Assembly (NCBI GenBank): GCA_965213925.1 | Contig: OZ243927.1 | Location: forward strand, 1,792,001 to 1,856,000 | Source of the DNA: Trueperaceae bacterium | Lineage (GTDB): Bacteria; Deinococcota; Deinococci; Deinococcales; Trueperaceae | Length of the DNA stretch: 64,000 nucleotides | Direction: 5' to 3' | Shown: positions 18,450 to 28,832 of the stretch, one piece after another | Position numbering within the stretch: the stretch's first letter is position 1 | Layout: the number at the start of each line of letters is the position of its first letter | Notes under the pieces: model-generated | The model's input: only the letters and a program-made list of their open reading frames with translations | Database searches by the model: none | What the model was told of the DNA's origin: nothing | Program-made: the position numbers and the translations under genes

Positions 18450-19064
18450 ATGAGCCAGTTACCCAAGATGCAGCGCAAAGTTTACGAGCGAATCTGCGAG
18501 CATAAGTCGCGAACGGGCACCTGCCCGGAGCTTGCCGTTTTTGCGCGTGAGCTAAATATTCACTACGTGTCGCTCAAGCAGCATCTCGAGGCGCTCCACA
18601 AAAAGGGCTATCTGGTCTTCGAGAGCCGGGGCAGAGGGCAGTCGCCGAGGCTCGAGCTGCCCGCCAGAGCCACGGGCGTGCCCGTTTTAGGGAGCATTCC
18701 CGCAGGTCCACTCAGCGAGGCGTTAGCCGAGCCCGAGGGCTACTTGCCGCTCCACGACGGACAGAGCAACTTCGCGCTGCGGGTCTCGGGCGATTCGATG
18801 GCAGACCTTATTCAAGACGGCGACGTAGTGGTCTTCAAAAAGGGCGTCCCGATGCGCAGCGGCGAAATCTGCGCGGTGCGCGTCGGTAACAGCGAGGTCA
18901 CGTTGAAGTATCTCGACAAACTCGACCCGAAAACGGTCGCGCTGAGACCTCACAACCCGCAGTACCCGACGCTCTCCGTGGACGCGAGAGAGGTCCACAT
19001 CGAAGGGATTTACTTGGGTCTCGTGCGCGGCGAACTGCTCAGTTCGCTTTACGAGGAGGTGTGA
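18450..19064 (+). CDS. lexA: LexA-family repressor (winged HTH plus S24 autopeptidase)
   Basis: HLEALHKKGYL HTH end; scissile IPAG; catalytic Ser in VSGDSM and Lys in VTLKY. Confidence 0.88.
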   Translation: MSQLPKMQRKVYERICEHKSRTGTCPELAVFARELNIHYVSLKQHLEALHKKGYLVFESRGRGQSPRLELPARATGVPVLGSIPAGPLSEALAEPEGYLPLHDGQSNFALRVSGDSMADLIQDGDVVVFKKGVPMRSGEICAVRVGNSEVTLKYLDKLDPKTVALRPHNPQYPTLSVDAREVHIEGIYLGLVRGELLSSLYEEV

Positions 19065-19078
19065 TTTTAGCGTCGTCA

Positions 19079-19114
19079 TTGAATCGCGCGAGTATTACCT
19101 TAAAGTGTTACGTA
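19079..19114 (+). promoter_or_regulatory. Promoter of the ddrA-like operon, overlapped by a second operator copy
   Basis: TTGAAT-16 nt-TAAAGT; TACCTTA-AAGTG-TTACGTA at 19096-19114. Confidence 0.6.
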
Positions 19115-19292
19115 CCGAATGAACGGCTCAGGAGCGTAACCAGATAATACCCGTTGCGAATGTAGAGATTCCTCTCAAAAGCAGATGACCAAAGCAAAAG
19201 CCCGCGCCCCATCCGCCAAGAGTTGCGCGAGCCCACGCCTTGTCCGTCTAGCTCATACCCGTTTTCAGGCGGGACTAAAGGAGAACTAGCTC

Positions 19293-19661
19293 ATGAACTA
19301 TCCTGCACGCATCTTTAGGGATTTGTCAAGTGTTTGGCAAAGGGACGCCGCGAGTCAGCGCGTCGACATCCTAGCCGCCGAACTCACCGCCTGCGTCGCC
19401 GCGCAAGGCACGCTCTGCTTAGGTCTCATCCGCGCTGAGGCGGTGCCTAAGTACTTCGGTCTGGTTTACCTCTTAGACGGCTACGGTATCTTGCTGCGCA
19501 AGCGTCACAGAAAAGAGGGGGGCGTGCTCGTTTTTGCCGAGGTCAAGCGAGAGGTCGCGTCCGAGTTTGCGGGCGCAGTCGTCACCGAGCGCACTTTAGC
19601 GCCTTCTAAAACTGCCACAACCACGGTTGAAGTCGCAAGAGAATTCGCGCACGCCGCGTAA
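19293..19661 (+). CDS. Hypothetical protein, first gene of the ddrA-like operon
   Basis: AAGGAG RBS; 122 aa; ends AHAA. Confidence 0.65.
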   Translation: MNYPARIFRDLSSVWQRDAASQRVDILAAELTACVAAQGTLCLGLIRAEAVPKYFGLVYLLDGYGILLRKRHRKEGGVLVFAEVKREVASEFAGAVVTERTLAPSKTATTTVEVAREFAHAA

Positions 19662-19672
19662 GGAGGGTTGAG

Positions 19673-20350
19673 ATGAATACGAGTACCGACCTGACCTGGG
19701 AAACACTTTTGGAGAAACTCGCGCGACCCTTCCCGGTGTCCTCGATTTACTGGCGAGCGGGCGTGGTTAGCCGCGACAAGAAGCGGGCGCAGGCGCTACC
19801 TTACGCTGAGCCGCGCGTGTACGAAGACCGCCTTAACGGAGTCTGTCCTGGTCTCTGGAGCGTCTCCTTCCGTCCTTGGGGCGAATCGCGCATCATCTGC
19901 GACCTCTCGATCGGCGAATTGACGCGCTCCTCTACAGGGGAGGAGAACGAGGGTTTCGCGCCCGGTACGGCGGCGGAGGCGCAGGCGTTTAAGCGCGCTT
20001 GCGTGAAGTTCGGTCTCGGTCGCTACCTCTACGACGTTCCGATCGTCTGGGTTCCTTACGACGAGAAGTCGCGGAAGCTCACCGAGACGCCGACCTTGCC
20101 TGAGAAGTTTTTGCCTCACGAGCAAAGCGCACCGCCCACCCTCTCCGAAGGACGCGCCACCGCCATGCACCGCGAGCTAGAGAAGTTGGGTCTCGTCAAG
20201 CCTGAGCAGTATAGGCTCGCCGCGCGTGTGCTCGGTCACGAGGTCGCGCAGTTCACCGCGCTCACCGAAGCCGAGGCGTTAGAGGTCTGGAACGTCGCCA
20301 AGCGTGCTCAGGTAGGGCAGGGCGGTCCGTCAGCGCAGCGAGCGGCGTGA
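19673..20350 (+). CDS. ddrA: Rad52/Rad22-family single-strand annealing protein (DdrA-like)
   Basis: LARPFP...W, DRLNGVCPGLWS, AFKRACVKFGLGRYLYD; AGGAGG RBS. Confidence 0.85.
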   Translation: MNTSTDLTWETLLEKLARPFPVSSIYWRAGVVSRDKKRAQALPYAEPRVYEDRLNGVCPGLWSVSFRPWGESRIICDLSIGELTRSSTGEENEGFAPGTAAEAQAFKRACVKFGLGRYLYDVPIVWVPYDEKSRKLTETPTLPEKFLPHEQSAPPTLSEGRATAMHRELEKLGLVKPEQYRLAARVLGHEVAQFTALTEAEALEVWNVAKRAQVGQGGPSAQRAA

Positions 20351-20529
20351 CGAGCGCCGCCGTCCCTACCGCCACGGCTGAAACCGCTGAACGCGAACGC
20401 CTCTACCGCTGCCCCAAATGTAAACGCCGCGTGACGGTTTTGCTCGAGAACGTCGCCGTAAGCTGCAGTCGCTGTGGCCGGATGATGAAGCGCGTTGACG
20501 GTGGCGCTGAGCGAGTTCACACAGCTTAG
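20347..20529 (+). CDS. Small zinc-ribbon protein
   Basis: YRCPKC...CSRCGRMM; GTGA overlap with the ddrA stop. Confidence 0.7.
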   Translation: MTSAAVPTATAETAERERLYRCPKCKRRVTVLLENVAVSCSRCGRMMKRVDGGAERVHTA

Positions 20530-20702
20530 TAGGCTTGAATAAGCTCTTCTTAGTTCGGCGAGTGACGTAGTTTTGAAAAGGGATAGGCTCGAGTTCGCGT
20601 TGAGACTCGAGCCTCTTCCAACCGCTCTCGAGCCAGGTGTACGCCCCTGCCCAACTGCTTTGTTTAGTTCTCTTAACTACGCGGCGCTGCCGAAAGGACG
20701 AT

Positions 20703-20960
20703 ATGAATACCGGGCTTACTCTCACAACCTGTCCGCATTGTGACGGTGAAGGAGGAGAAATGTACGCAGCCGGACCTGGCTACTATGCGCCTCACTCTGG
20801 CGGTTATCTTCCCTTCGAACAGACCGATATATGCGAGATATGCGAAGGCTCAGGTGAGGTAGAGGTGTGCGCCCACTGCTTAGAACCTTTAGACGTCTTG
20901 CACGGCGAAGAGGTATGTGGCTGCGCTGCACTCAGCGCAGCCGTGCGACAAGCTGCGTAA
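20703..20960 (+). CDS. Cys-rich protein with DnaJ-like CxxCxGxG motifs
   Basis: CPHCDGEG, CEICEGSG, CAHC, CGC; GAAAGGA RBS; ends RQAA. Confidence 0.7.
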   Translation: MNTGLTLTTCPHCDGEGGEMYAAGPGYYAPHSGGYLPFEQTDICEICEGSGEVEVCAHCLEPLDVLHGEEVCGCAALSAAVRQAA

Positions 20961-20970
20961 AGAACTCGCG

Positions 20971-21828
20971 TTAGGGTGCGCGCTGCTTGAGTTGGTCGGA
21001 AACGTCTTGCGCAAGCTCGCGCCCTAGTTCTTCAGCCTCGCTCGCCTCGCCCGAAATCTCCGCTTGGATAACGAGGTCGCCCGCCATGTCGGTCACTGCG
21101 CCGAAGAGGTTCAAGTCGCCCTCCGAAGTGACGGTGGCAAGTGCGCCTAGCGCATGCGACGCGCTCCCTAGCGCCCTAGCGAAGCTCCGCTCGGCGCGGG
21201 CGCGGTCGAAGCTGGGGCGGTGCTGAAGGGTGTAGGCGAGATCGGTGGCGAGGTCGTCGTCTTCGTTGACGACCAAACCGAGCGACCCCTGCCCGGCAGC
21301 CGGGGTGAAGACGGCAGGCTCTAAAAGGACGTTGATGCGTTCTCTGCGCTCGAGCTGAAGCAGATGCGCGCTCGGCATCACGAGCGCGTTCACTTCGCCC
21401 GTAGCGAGCAGCGACAGCGTCACGTCAACGTCGCCGGAGACCGTCTTGACTTCGATATCCTTGCGGTTGGCGAGTAAGAAGGCGCGGTCGCGCTGGGTGC
21501 GAACGCCCACTACGCTACCTGCCGCTAGTGACGCTAAGTCCTCACCCGCGCGGTTGACTAGGGCGGCGCGGGGCTCGAGCCGCCTCGTCACAGCGGCGAG
21601 CATGAGCCCTTCGGGGAGGGTCGGAGGCAATCCCTCCAAGCTCTGCAGCGCAATATTGATGCGCCCGGTTGAAAGCGCATTCAGGAGGTTGGTTGCGCCG
21701 TTATCACCTTGCACAGTTTTCTGGATGATGTTGACGTCAGGCCAGCCCTCACTCAGTTCGGCGAGGACGCCGCGGGCTTGCGGCAGCGCCAAGACACCGC
21801 CCCGATTTCCTAAAACAATTCTAGGCAT
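20971..21828 (-). CDS. Degenerate HemC-like paralogue (probable pseudo-enzyme)
   Basis: HemC fold motifs (RLEPRAALV, PAAGQGSLG, AERSFARAL) but no SxKD aspartate and no GGC cofactor cysteine. Confidence 0.8.
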   Translation of the reverse strand: MPRIVLGNRGGVLALPQARGVLAELSEGWPDVNIIQKTVQGDNGATNLLNALSTGRINIALQSLEGLPPTLPEGLMLAAVTRRLEPRAALVNRAGEDLASLAAGSVVGVRTQRDRAFLLANRKDIEVKTVSGDVDVTLSLLATGEVNALVMPSAHLLQLERRERINVLLEPAVFTPAAGQGSLGLVVNEDDDLATDLAYTLQHRPSFDRARAERSFARALGSASHALGALATVTSEGDLNLFGAVTDMAGDLVIQAEISGEASEAEELGRELAQDVSDQLKQRAP

Positions 21829-22159
21829 GTGTTGGTTTCGTAGAGCGGTTTAAGGGTTGCTTCAATCTAGGCACGCTGCCAAGTACATAGTTAGACATAT
21901 GGTCGAACACACAGTATTTTACAGTAAATGCGTGGCGGGCGCTATAAAGACCGGACGGCGTCACCATCTCACCGACAACACATACTCGGCTACCTGTACT
22001 GGAGACGGCTTGAATAGCTTTTTCGAATTTTGGGCTGCTAGCCGATCCCTTCGATAATCACATCAGCGGTGAGCTGCGAGCTTGCTGGTGCGAACGTTGG
22101 CGCGCAGCCGTTTCTCGAAGGCGCTGTTATCTTGCTCGAGCCAGAAGGGAGTGCCCCGA

Positions 22160-22314
22160 GCTTAGAAAACTCGGCTAAGACTTCATCGACGCTCAAGCTG
22201 TTGGCCAGCAAATCCAAAATATCGACGACGCGAATGCGCTCATACGCGAATGCAGGGTCTGCCACCACACTGCTTAGGTTTGACGGCAATGCGGTCTATA
22301 ACGTAGGTGGTCAT
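22160..22314 (-). pseudogene. DUF433-family antitoxin pseudogene (frameshifted, 3' end replaced)
   Basis: MTTYVIDRIAVKPKQCGGRPCIR, then a frameshift to RIRVVDILDLLANSLSVDEVLAEF. Confidence 0.75.
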
Positions 22315-22372
22315 GAATTTAGCATAGACGAAAGCGGTGCACCTAGACAGAGTTGGGGGGCGTCCTCTCGAG

Positions 22373-22702
22373 CTAGTTAGCTACACGTGGGTCGGATACC
22401 TGCCAGGCCATCTCTTGCTCTCGAGCAATCCGGTAAAAGACAGACTCCCCCGTTTTTAGTCGGAACTCGACGTAGCTGTAGTTACCGAGACGAAACGATC
22501 GGCTCTTGGTGATGCGCGTACCTGGATGATCAGTCCGAAACTGCTTCTTCGCTAGACAAGCGCCGCCAACACGGAAGAGGTAGAAGAGCCAGCTTAGAAT
22601 ACCAATAACGGCGGAAATAAAAATGTAAACGAGCGCGACGGCCGCGCCTCCGCCTGGGAAGATGATGTAGTCACCTACTTGCATAATAGAATTATCCGAC
22701 AT
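22373..22702 (-). CDS. Hypothetical membrane protein
   Basis: ATG 22702; one long hydrophobic segment. Confidence 0.5.
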   Translation of the reverse strand: MSDNSIMQVGDYIIFPGGGAAVALVYIFISAVIGILSWLFYLFRVGGACLAKKQFRTDHPGTRITKSRSFRLGNYSYVEFRLKTGESVFYRIAREQEMAWQVSDPRVAN

Positions 22703-22793
22703 CGCGAAGCGGAATTCTTTCAAAAGCTCACATCTCGTTATAGTTGCAAAGTATTTAACGCAAAGTTCGGGAGAGGAACACCTACAACCACCC

Positions 22794-23846
22794 TCAAAAC
22801 GCATACCGCACCTCACAATACGGCAACTTCTCAGCGAGGAGCGTCTTAAACTCTCGCACCCGCGCCCCCTTAAACCCGCGCCGATACCGCACATTCTTCC
22901 CGCCCATCTTCGACACCTTCGCCTCTTGGTTCTCGGGCGTCCAGAGCAGGTCTTCGGCCTGCGGGTGCCACCCCAAGTTGACCTCGTGCAACCCCTCGTT
23001 GTGCGTCAGGAAGATGACCTCGCACTTGAGCTGCGCCTTAGCCTCTTCGGAGAGCACGTCGTCCACCTCTTCAAGTAGCGCGGCGTAGTCCTCGAGCCAG
23101 CCCTCATAGAGGATGACCGGGCTAAAGTTGAGGTGCACCTCGTAGCCCGCCGCCACGAAGTCATCTACCGCCGCGATGCGCTCGCTCATAGGCGAAGTGC
23201 GCACGTCTACTGTCTTAGCGACTTTTTGCGGCATGAGCGAGAAGCGGATGCGGGTCTTGCGCTGCGGGTCGTAGTTCAAGAGGTCGCGGTTGACGTATTT
23301 GGTCGCGAAAGAGGCTTTAGCGTTATCGAGGTCGCAGAAGAGCGCCACGAGGTCGCGGACATTGTCCGAGATGAGCGCGTCTACCGAACAGTCGCTGTTC
23401 TCGCCGACGTCGTAGACCCAGTAGACGGGGTCGGTTTGGAGGGGCGGCTTAGGGGGCTGTTTGGCGGCGTGGCGCTGAATCGCTTTGCACACCGCGCCTA
23501 TATTCACAAAGGCGCTGATGGGGTTGGCGTACCCCTTGCGGCGCGGCACGTAGCAGTAGGCGCACGCCATCGCGCAGCCGTTCGCGGTTCCTGGCGCGAT
23601 GAAGTCGCCGCTTCGCCCGTTCTCGCGTACTGGGAGTGACTTGCGCACGCCCAAGACGAGCACGTCTCGCTTGACGCGCACCCAGTCGTCCACCGAGCCC
23701 GCATTGCCGTGCAAGCTGGGGATGTTCCAGTGGGAAGGTACTTCGATCTGTTCTGCGTCAGGAAAACGCGCTAGAATTTCCATGCCTCTAGGGTAGGCGG
23801 GGACAGTGGGCTCGAGATATATCTGCTTGACGTCGAGAAGATTCAG
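22794..23846 (-). CDS. Spore photoproduct lyase-family radical SAM protein (copy 2), probable CTG start
   Basis: GCAMACAYC, YDVGENSD, RIRFSLMP; AGGAG 6 nt before an in-frame CTG adds NLLDVKQIYLEP...PRG. Confidence 0.88.
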   Translation of the reverse strand: MNLLDVKQIYLEPTVPAYPRGMEILARFPDAEQIEVPSHWNIPSLHGNAGSVDDWVRVKRDVLVLGVRKSLPVRENGRSGDFIAPGTANGCAMACAYCYVPRRKGYANPISAFVNIGAVCKAIQRHAAKQPPKPPLQTDPVYWVYDVGENSDCSVDALISDNVRDLVALFCDLDNAKASFATKYVNRDLLNYDPQRKTRIRFSLMPQKVAKTVDVRTSPMSERIAAVDDFVAAGYEVHLNFSPVILYEGWLEDYAALLEEVDDVLSEEAKAQLKCEVIFLTHNEGLHEVNLGWHPQAEDLLWTPENQEAKVSKMGGKNVRYRRGFKGARVREFKTLLAEKLPYCEVRYAF

Positions 23847-23913
23847 AGGGGTCTCCTAAACCAAAAGAAAAGAGGTGCCAGCCGCCAACAGCCGACACCT
23901 CGTGCGCATCTGC

Positions 23914-24990
23914 TTACGTCCAGTAAAGTACTTGCGCTTCGGGGAAACGCACCGCGATCTCCGTCTCGAAAAAGCCGCGCAGGGTCGTCATCGTGTCCTT
24001 CGTATAGACGAACTTCGTGCCGCCAAACTTGTTGCGCTTGACGCTGCGGTTCTCCTCGCTCAGGTCGAGGCTCGAGTTCGGATACCAACCCTCCAAGACC
24101 TCTTTCGAGCCGGGCGTGAAGCGGTGGCTGATCAGCTCGAAGGTGAGGTCAACGGGGAAGTCCAGGGTCTGCTCGATCTCGTCGAAGAGCGCAGTGTAGT
24201 GCTCGCGCCAACCCTCGATGGGCATAATCGGTGCGATGACCAAACCGACAGGGTAGCCCGCCTGGGCGAGCTTGCGGATGGCTCCTAAACGGGCGGAGAT
24301 GGAAGCGGTGCCGCCCTCGAGCCGCTTGCCAATCGGCTCTGCGTTGACCGACGCGCGGGCTCTCGTCTGCCCATTGTGCGGCAGGTCGAGCAAACCGTCC
24401 ACCGCGTCGAACTTACTGACGTAACGCAGTGAGCCGTCCGTGCGCGTGCCGAAGTACTTGATGCACTCGGACAAGCTGCCCGTGAGGTGCTCCAAACCCA
24501 AGGGGTCGGTGTAGCACGACACCTCGAAAGAGGTCGGACCATCCTCGTACTGCGCCAAGTGACCCAAAATCTCGGGCAGGTTGGCGTAGACACGGGTTAC
24601 GGGCGGACCGGAGAGCGAGCCCGCTAGGTAGCAGTACTGACAATGCGCAGGGCAACCTTTGGCGAGGTGGAACTGCCAGTCGGCGGAGGGCGGGATAGGC
24701 TGGAGCTTCATCATGCTGGGCGGCGCATTGACAACCGCCAGGGTCTGCTTGGCGAGGCGATAGGTCTCGCGCTCATCTTTGCCGCGCAAGCCCGTGACGC
24801 GGTTGCTAGGAAGTTCGGTGATGTCTAAACCCAAAGAGGTCATGCGTTCGTACATCTGCTGACCGAAAGGTTGCTCTAAAGCGTCCGGGGTGAAGAGCAC
24901 GCGCTTAGGGGTCCAGAGCTTGGGCTTTTGCTGGCGAGGAGCGGGACGCGAAACGGAAGAGGTCGGGCGGATAGGCTCGGCTGCAGGCAA
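23914..24990 (-). CDS. Spore photoproduct lyase-family radical SAM protein (copy 1), TTG start
   Basis: PIPPSADWQFHLAKGCPAHCQYCYL, FEVSCYTDP, HRFTPGSK, NKFGGTKFVY. Confidence 0.92.
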   Translation of the reverse strand: MPAAEPIRPTSSVSRPAPRQQKPKLWTPKRVLFTPDALEQPFGQQMYERMTSLGLDITELPSNRVTGLRGKDERETYRLAKQTLAVVNAPPSMMKLQPIPPSADWQFHLAKGCPAHCQYCYLAGSLSGPPVTRVYANLPEILGHLAQYEDGPTSFEVSCYTDPLGLEHLTGSLSECIKYFGTRTDGSLRYVSKFDAVDGLLDLPHNGQTRARASVNAEPIGKRLEGGTASISARLGAIRKLAQAGYPVGLVIAPIMPIEGWREHYTALFDEIEQTLDFPVDLTFELISHRFTPGSKEVLEGWYPNSSLDLSEENRSVKRNKFGGTKFVYTKDTMTTLRGFFETEIAVRFPEAQVLYWT

Positions 24991-25081
24991 AGAGGTCTCC
25001 TTCTTCGCGAGAAAGTTGGGTTGTCTAAAGGGGTAAAAAGGTAGTGGAGTTGCGCTTGAGGTCGCTAACTAACTTGAGTTT

Positions 25082-25102
25082 ATTGTACTCAATTTTAAGG
25101 TG
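25082..25102 (-). promoter_or_regulatory. SPL-operon -10 (TACAAT) with an adjacent operator half site
   Basis: Minus strand CACCTTA-AAATT-GAGTACAAT. Confidence 0.45.
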
Positions 25103-25181
25103 AAAAGCAAGGTGCCTGAGTCACATTTTAAGCTGTGCAGGACGAGGAAAAGTCAATTTTTCTACTGGTCATGGGGAAGAG

Positions 25182-25670
25182 CTACACATTGTCCCGAGAA
25201 GGTGGAAGAATACGAGCTAGATCATCTTCAACATCTAATCCGTACATTACAGCAAGTACGCCAAGCCGTAAGCCTATGTCTGAACGCAACTTGCCGAGAG
25301 ATGTAAAGAATTTCCAGCTTCTAGGACCCCCATCAAAGCTACTACGGATAATCAATTGCCGTTGTCCCTCCTGAACGTCATCTAAAAACTCTCGACAAGC
25401 AGCTCGCATGACTCGCAGATGTTCAGCTAAATCCTCCTGATTCTGTAGGCCTTGAAGCGTATCAGTAAGGAACTCACGTATCATCATTACCGATTCCACA
25501 CAATGCTCTAGCACCTCGAGTGCGTAATCGTTGTAAAGTACGCGCCTATCTTCAAAGAACGCTATTATGCGTCGCGCAACTGTAATCTCAGGTTCTGAGG
25601 GCTCCCAAGAAACGCCGAAGATTGGAATGCTGAATCCCGTGATACGGCTCGCTATCTCCTTATAGTGCAT
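25182..25670 (-). CDS. DUF6650-like hypothetical protein, low GC
   Basis: RITGFSIPIFGVSW, FFEDRRVLY, MRAACREFL motifs. Confidence 0.7.
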   Translation of the reverse strand: MHYKEIASRITGFSIPIFGVSWEPSEPEITVARRIIAFFEDRRVLYNDYALEVLEHCVESVMMIREFLTDTLQGLQNQEDLAEHLRVMRAACREFLDDVQEGQRQLIIRSSFDGGPRSWKFFTSLGKLRSDIGLRLGVLAVMYGLDVEDDLARILPPSRDNV

Positions 25671-25743
25671 GGTTACTCTTATACCGTATAGCGCGGCAAA
25701 AACCCTTCATCAAACCTTTTCGCTCAACGCCTTCACACGTCAT

Positions 25744-26019
25744 TCAAGCACTTTTGGGTAGAGGCATATCATCAGGCTCAGCGAACGCAACCTCGTGGAT
25801 AGCGTTCCAGTCAATCACAGCAATCCAGATATTTTCATCAGTAGAAAACTGGACGCGCCCCTCGGTCTCTAAATCTTCGCTGTAGAGCGTGAGGCGCAGA
25901 CCCTCTTCTAAGGTAATGCGCTGCCGTGATAAGTCTTGCACCGTACCAACACAATTGAGGCGCAAACGACCGTTTGGGTCGGCGCTGTGAAAGTCGGCGT
26001 ATACACGGGGGGTGCTCAT
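25744..26019 (-). CDS. Small protein, candidate immunity/antitoxin partner
   Basis: YADFHSAD.GRLRL...W.AVIDW; own leaderless -10 TATACT; directly downstream of the putative toxin. Confidence 0.6.
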   Translation of the reverse strand: MSTPRVYADFHSADPNGRLRLNCVGTVQDLSRQRITLEEGLRLTLYSEDLETEGRVQFSTDENIWIAVIDWNAIHEVAFAEPDDMPLPKSA

Positions 26020-26031
26020 AAAGCGAGTATA

Positions 26032-26364
26032 TCACCTCTCTATTCGCGCTGGATTAGGCTGCGTAGGCGTAAGGAGACGGCTGATTTGCTCAGGTACTAA
26101 CCCTGTGAGGGTAGCGTGATAAGGGCTTCTGCCGGAGGTGCGTACGACATCGCCCCCTAGACTCCGAACTTCGCCGACAGTCGTTACGCCTACTTGACCA
26201 TGAGGAAGGGTCTTTGCCAACTCCAGCATAGAAATATCATCCGCGCACTCAACGGAAATACCTGTGACACCACTTGGGTGCGTTCCGGTTGCTCTAGCGA
26301 TATCTTCAGGGCGGTTACGCCCACCTCTTACGACGAGCGCTTCATCAGGAATGTCGTGTTGCAC
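26032..26364 (-). CDS. Stand-alone polymorphic-toxin-like domain (Tse2/ART-like R-S-H motifs)
   Basis: LVVRGG, GISV, GVTTVGEVRSLGGDV, PYHATL. Confidence 0.55.
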   Translation of the reverse strand: MQHDIPDEALVVRGGRNRPEDIARATGTHPSGVTGISVECADDISMLELAKTLPHGQVGVTTVGEVRSLGGDVVRTSGRSPYHATLTGLVPEQISRLLTPTQPNPARIER

Positions 26365-26408
26365 CGAACGACTTTAACATTGAGGAGCGCAATAGAGCCT
26401 AAAACGGT

Positions 26409-28313
<1,905 letters not shown>

Positions 28314-28420
28314 AAGGTTTAGTTTACCTCTTGTTTACGTTCAACCTCCTAAAGCCAGGAGTCACGATGTGTCGCAATGGGGTAGTCCGTGAATTTTCGT
28401 GCTGACCCCTGTCTACACCG

Positions 28421-28693
28421 TTACTCCAAGAGCTTCTCGAGCCGGGTCATCACCGCTTCGATGTCGTCCCTCGCGTGCCCCAGACCGCTCATGAGCCGCC
28501 AAATATTCTGTTCGTCGCTCGAGTTGGGGTCGTACAATTCGCGCATCTGCTGCATCAAAAAAGAGGCGAGCACGTTCCTAAAGCTCTGCGTTTTATCGCC
28601 GCTCTTTTCCATATCGAGAAACTGATGGACGAGAAACTCGTCGGGGTAGGCTTCGCTCGCCTTTTTGATAATTTCGTCTAAGCTTTTGGACAT
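28421..28693 (-). CDS. Hypothetical small acidic protein
   Basis: GAGG RBS before ATG 28693; 90 aa. Confidence 0.5.
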   Translation of the reverse strand: MSKSLDEIIKKASEAYPDEFLVHQFLDMEKSGDKTQSFRNVLASFLMQQMRELYDPNSSDEQNIWRLMSGLGHARDDIEAVMTRLEKLLE

Positions 28694-28832
28694 CGCGCCT
28701 CGCTTCGGCTCAGTGTACTGAAAAATGAGAGCCTCGCTAGGATAAATAGGGCGGTTGTACTTCCGTTCTTCCTCATCTGTCCTAGTGGGGTGAGTCAGCG
28801 TGAGGTGAGTCAGCACCTCGAGCCTTACGTTC

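Noticed and set aside
19120..19140. Possible Deinococcus RDRM (DdrO box) upstream of the ddrA-like operon (…GGAGCGTAA)
   Set aside because: Only one half site matches; the other half does not fit the 17-bp palindrome
18450..20960. Intact prophage (repressor plus Rad52-like recombinase)
   Set aside because: No integrase, att sites, replication or structural genes; the repressor is LexA-type and co-oriented with the operon
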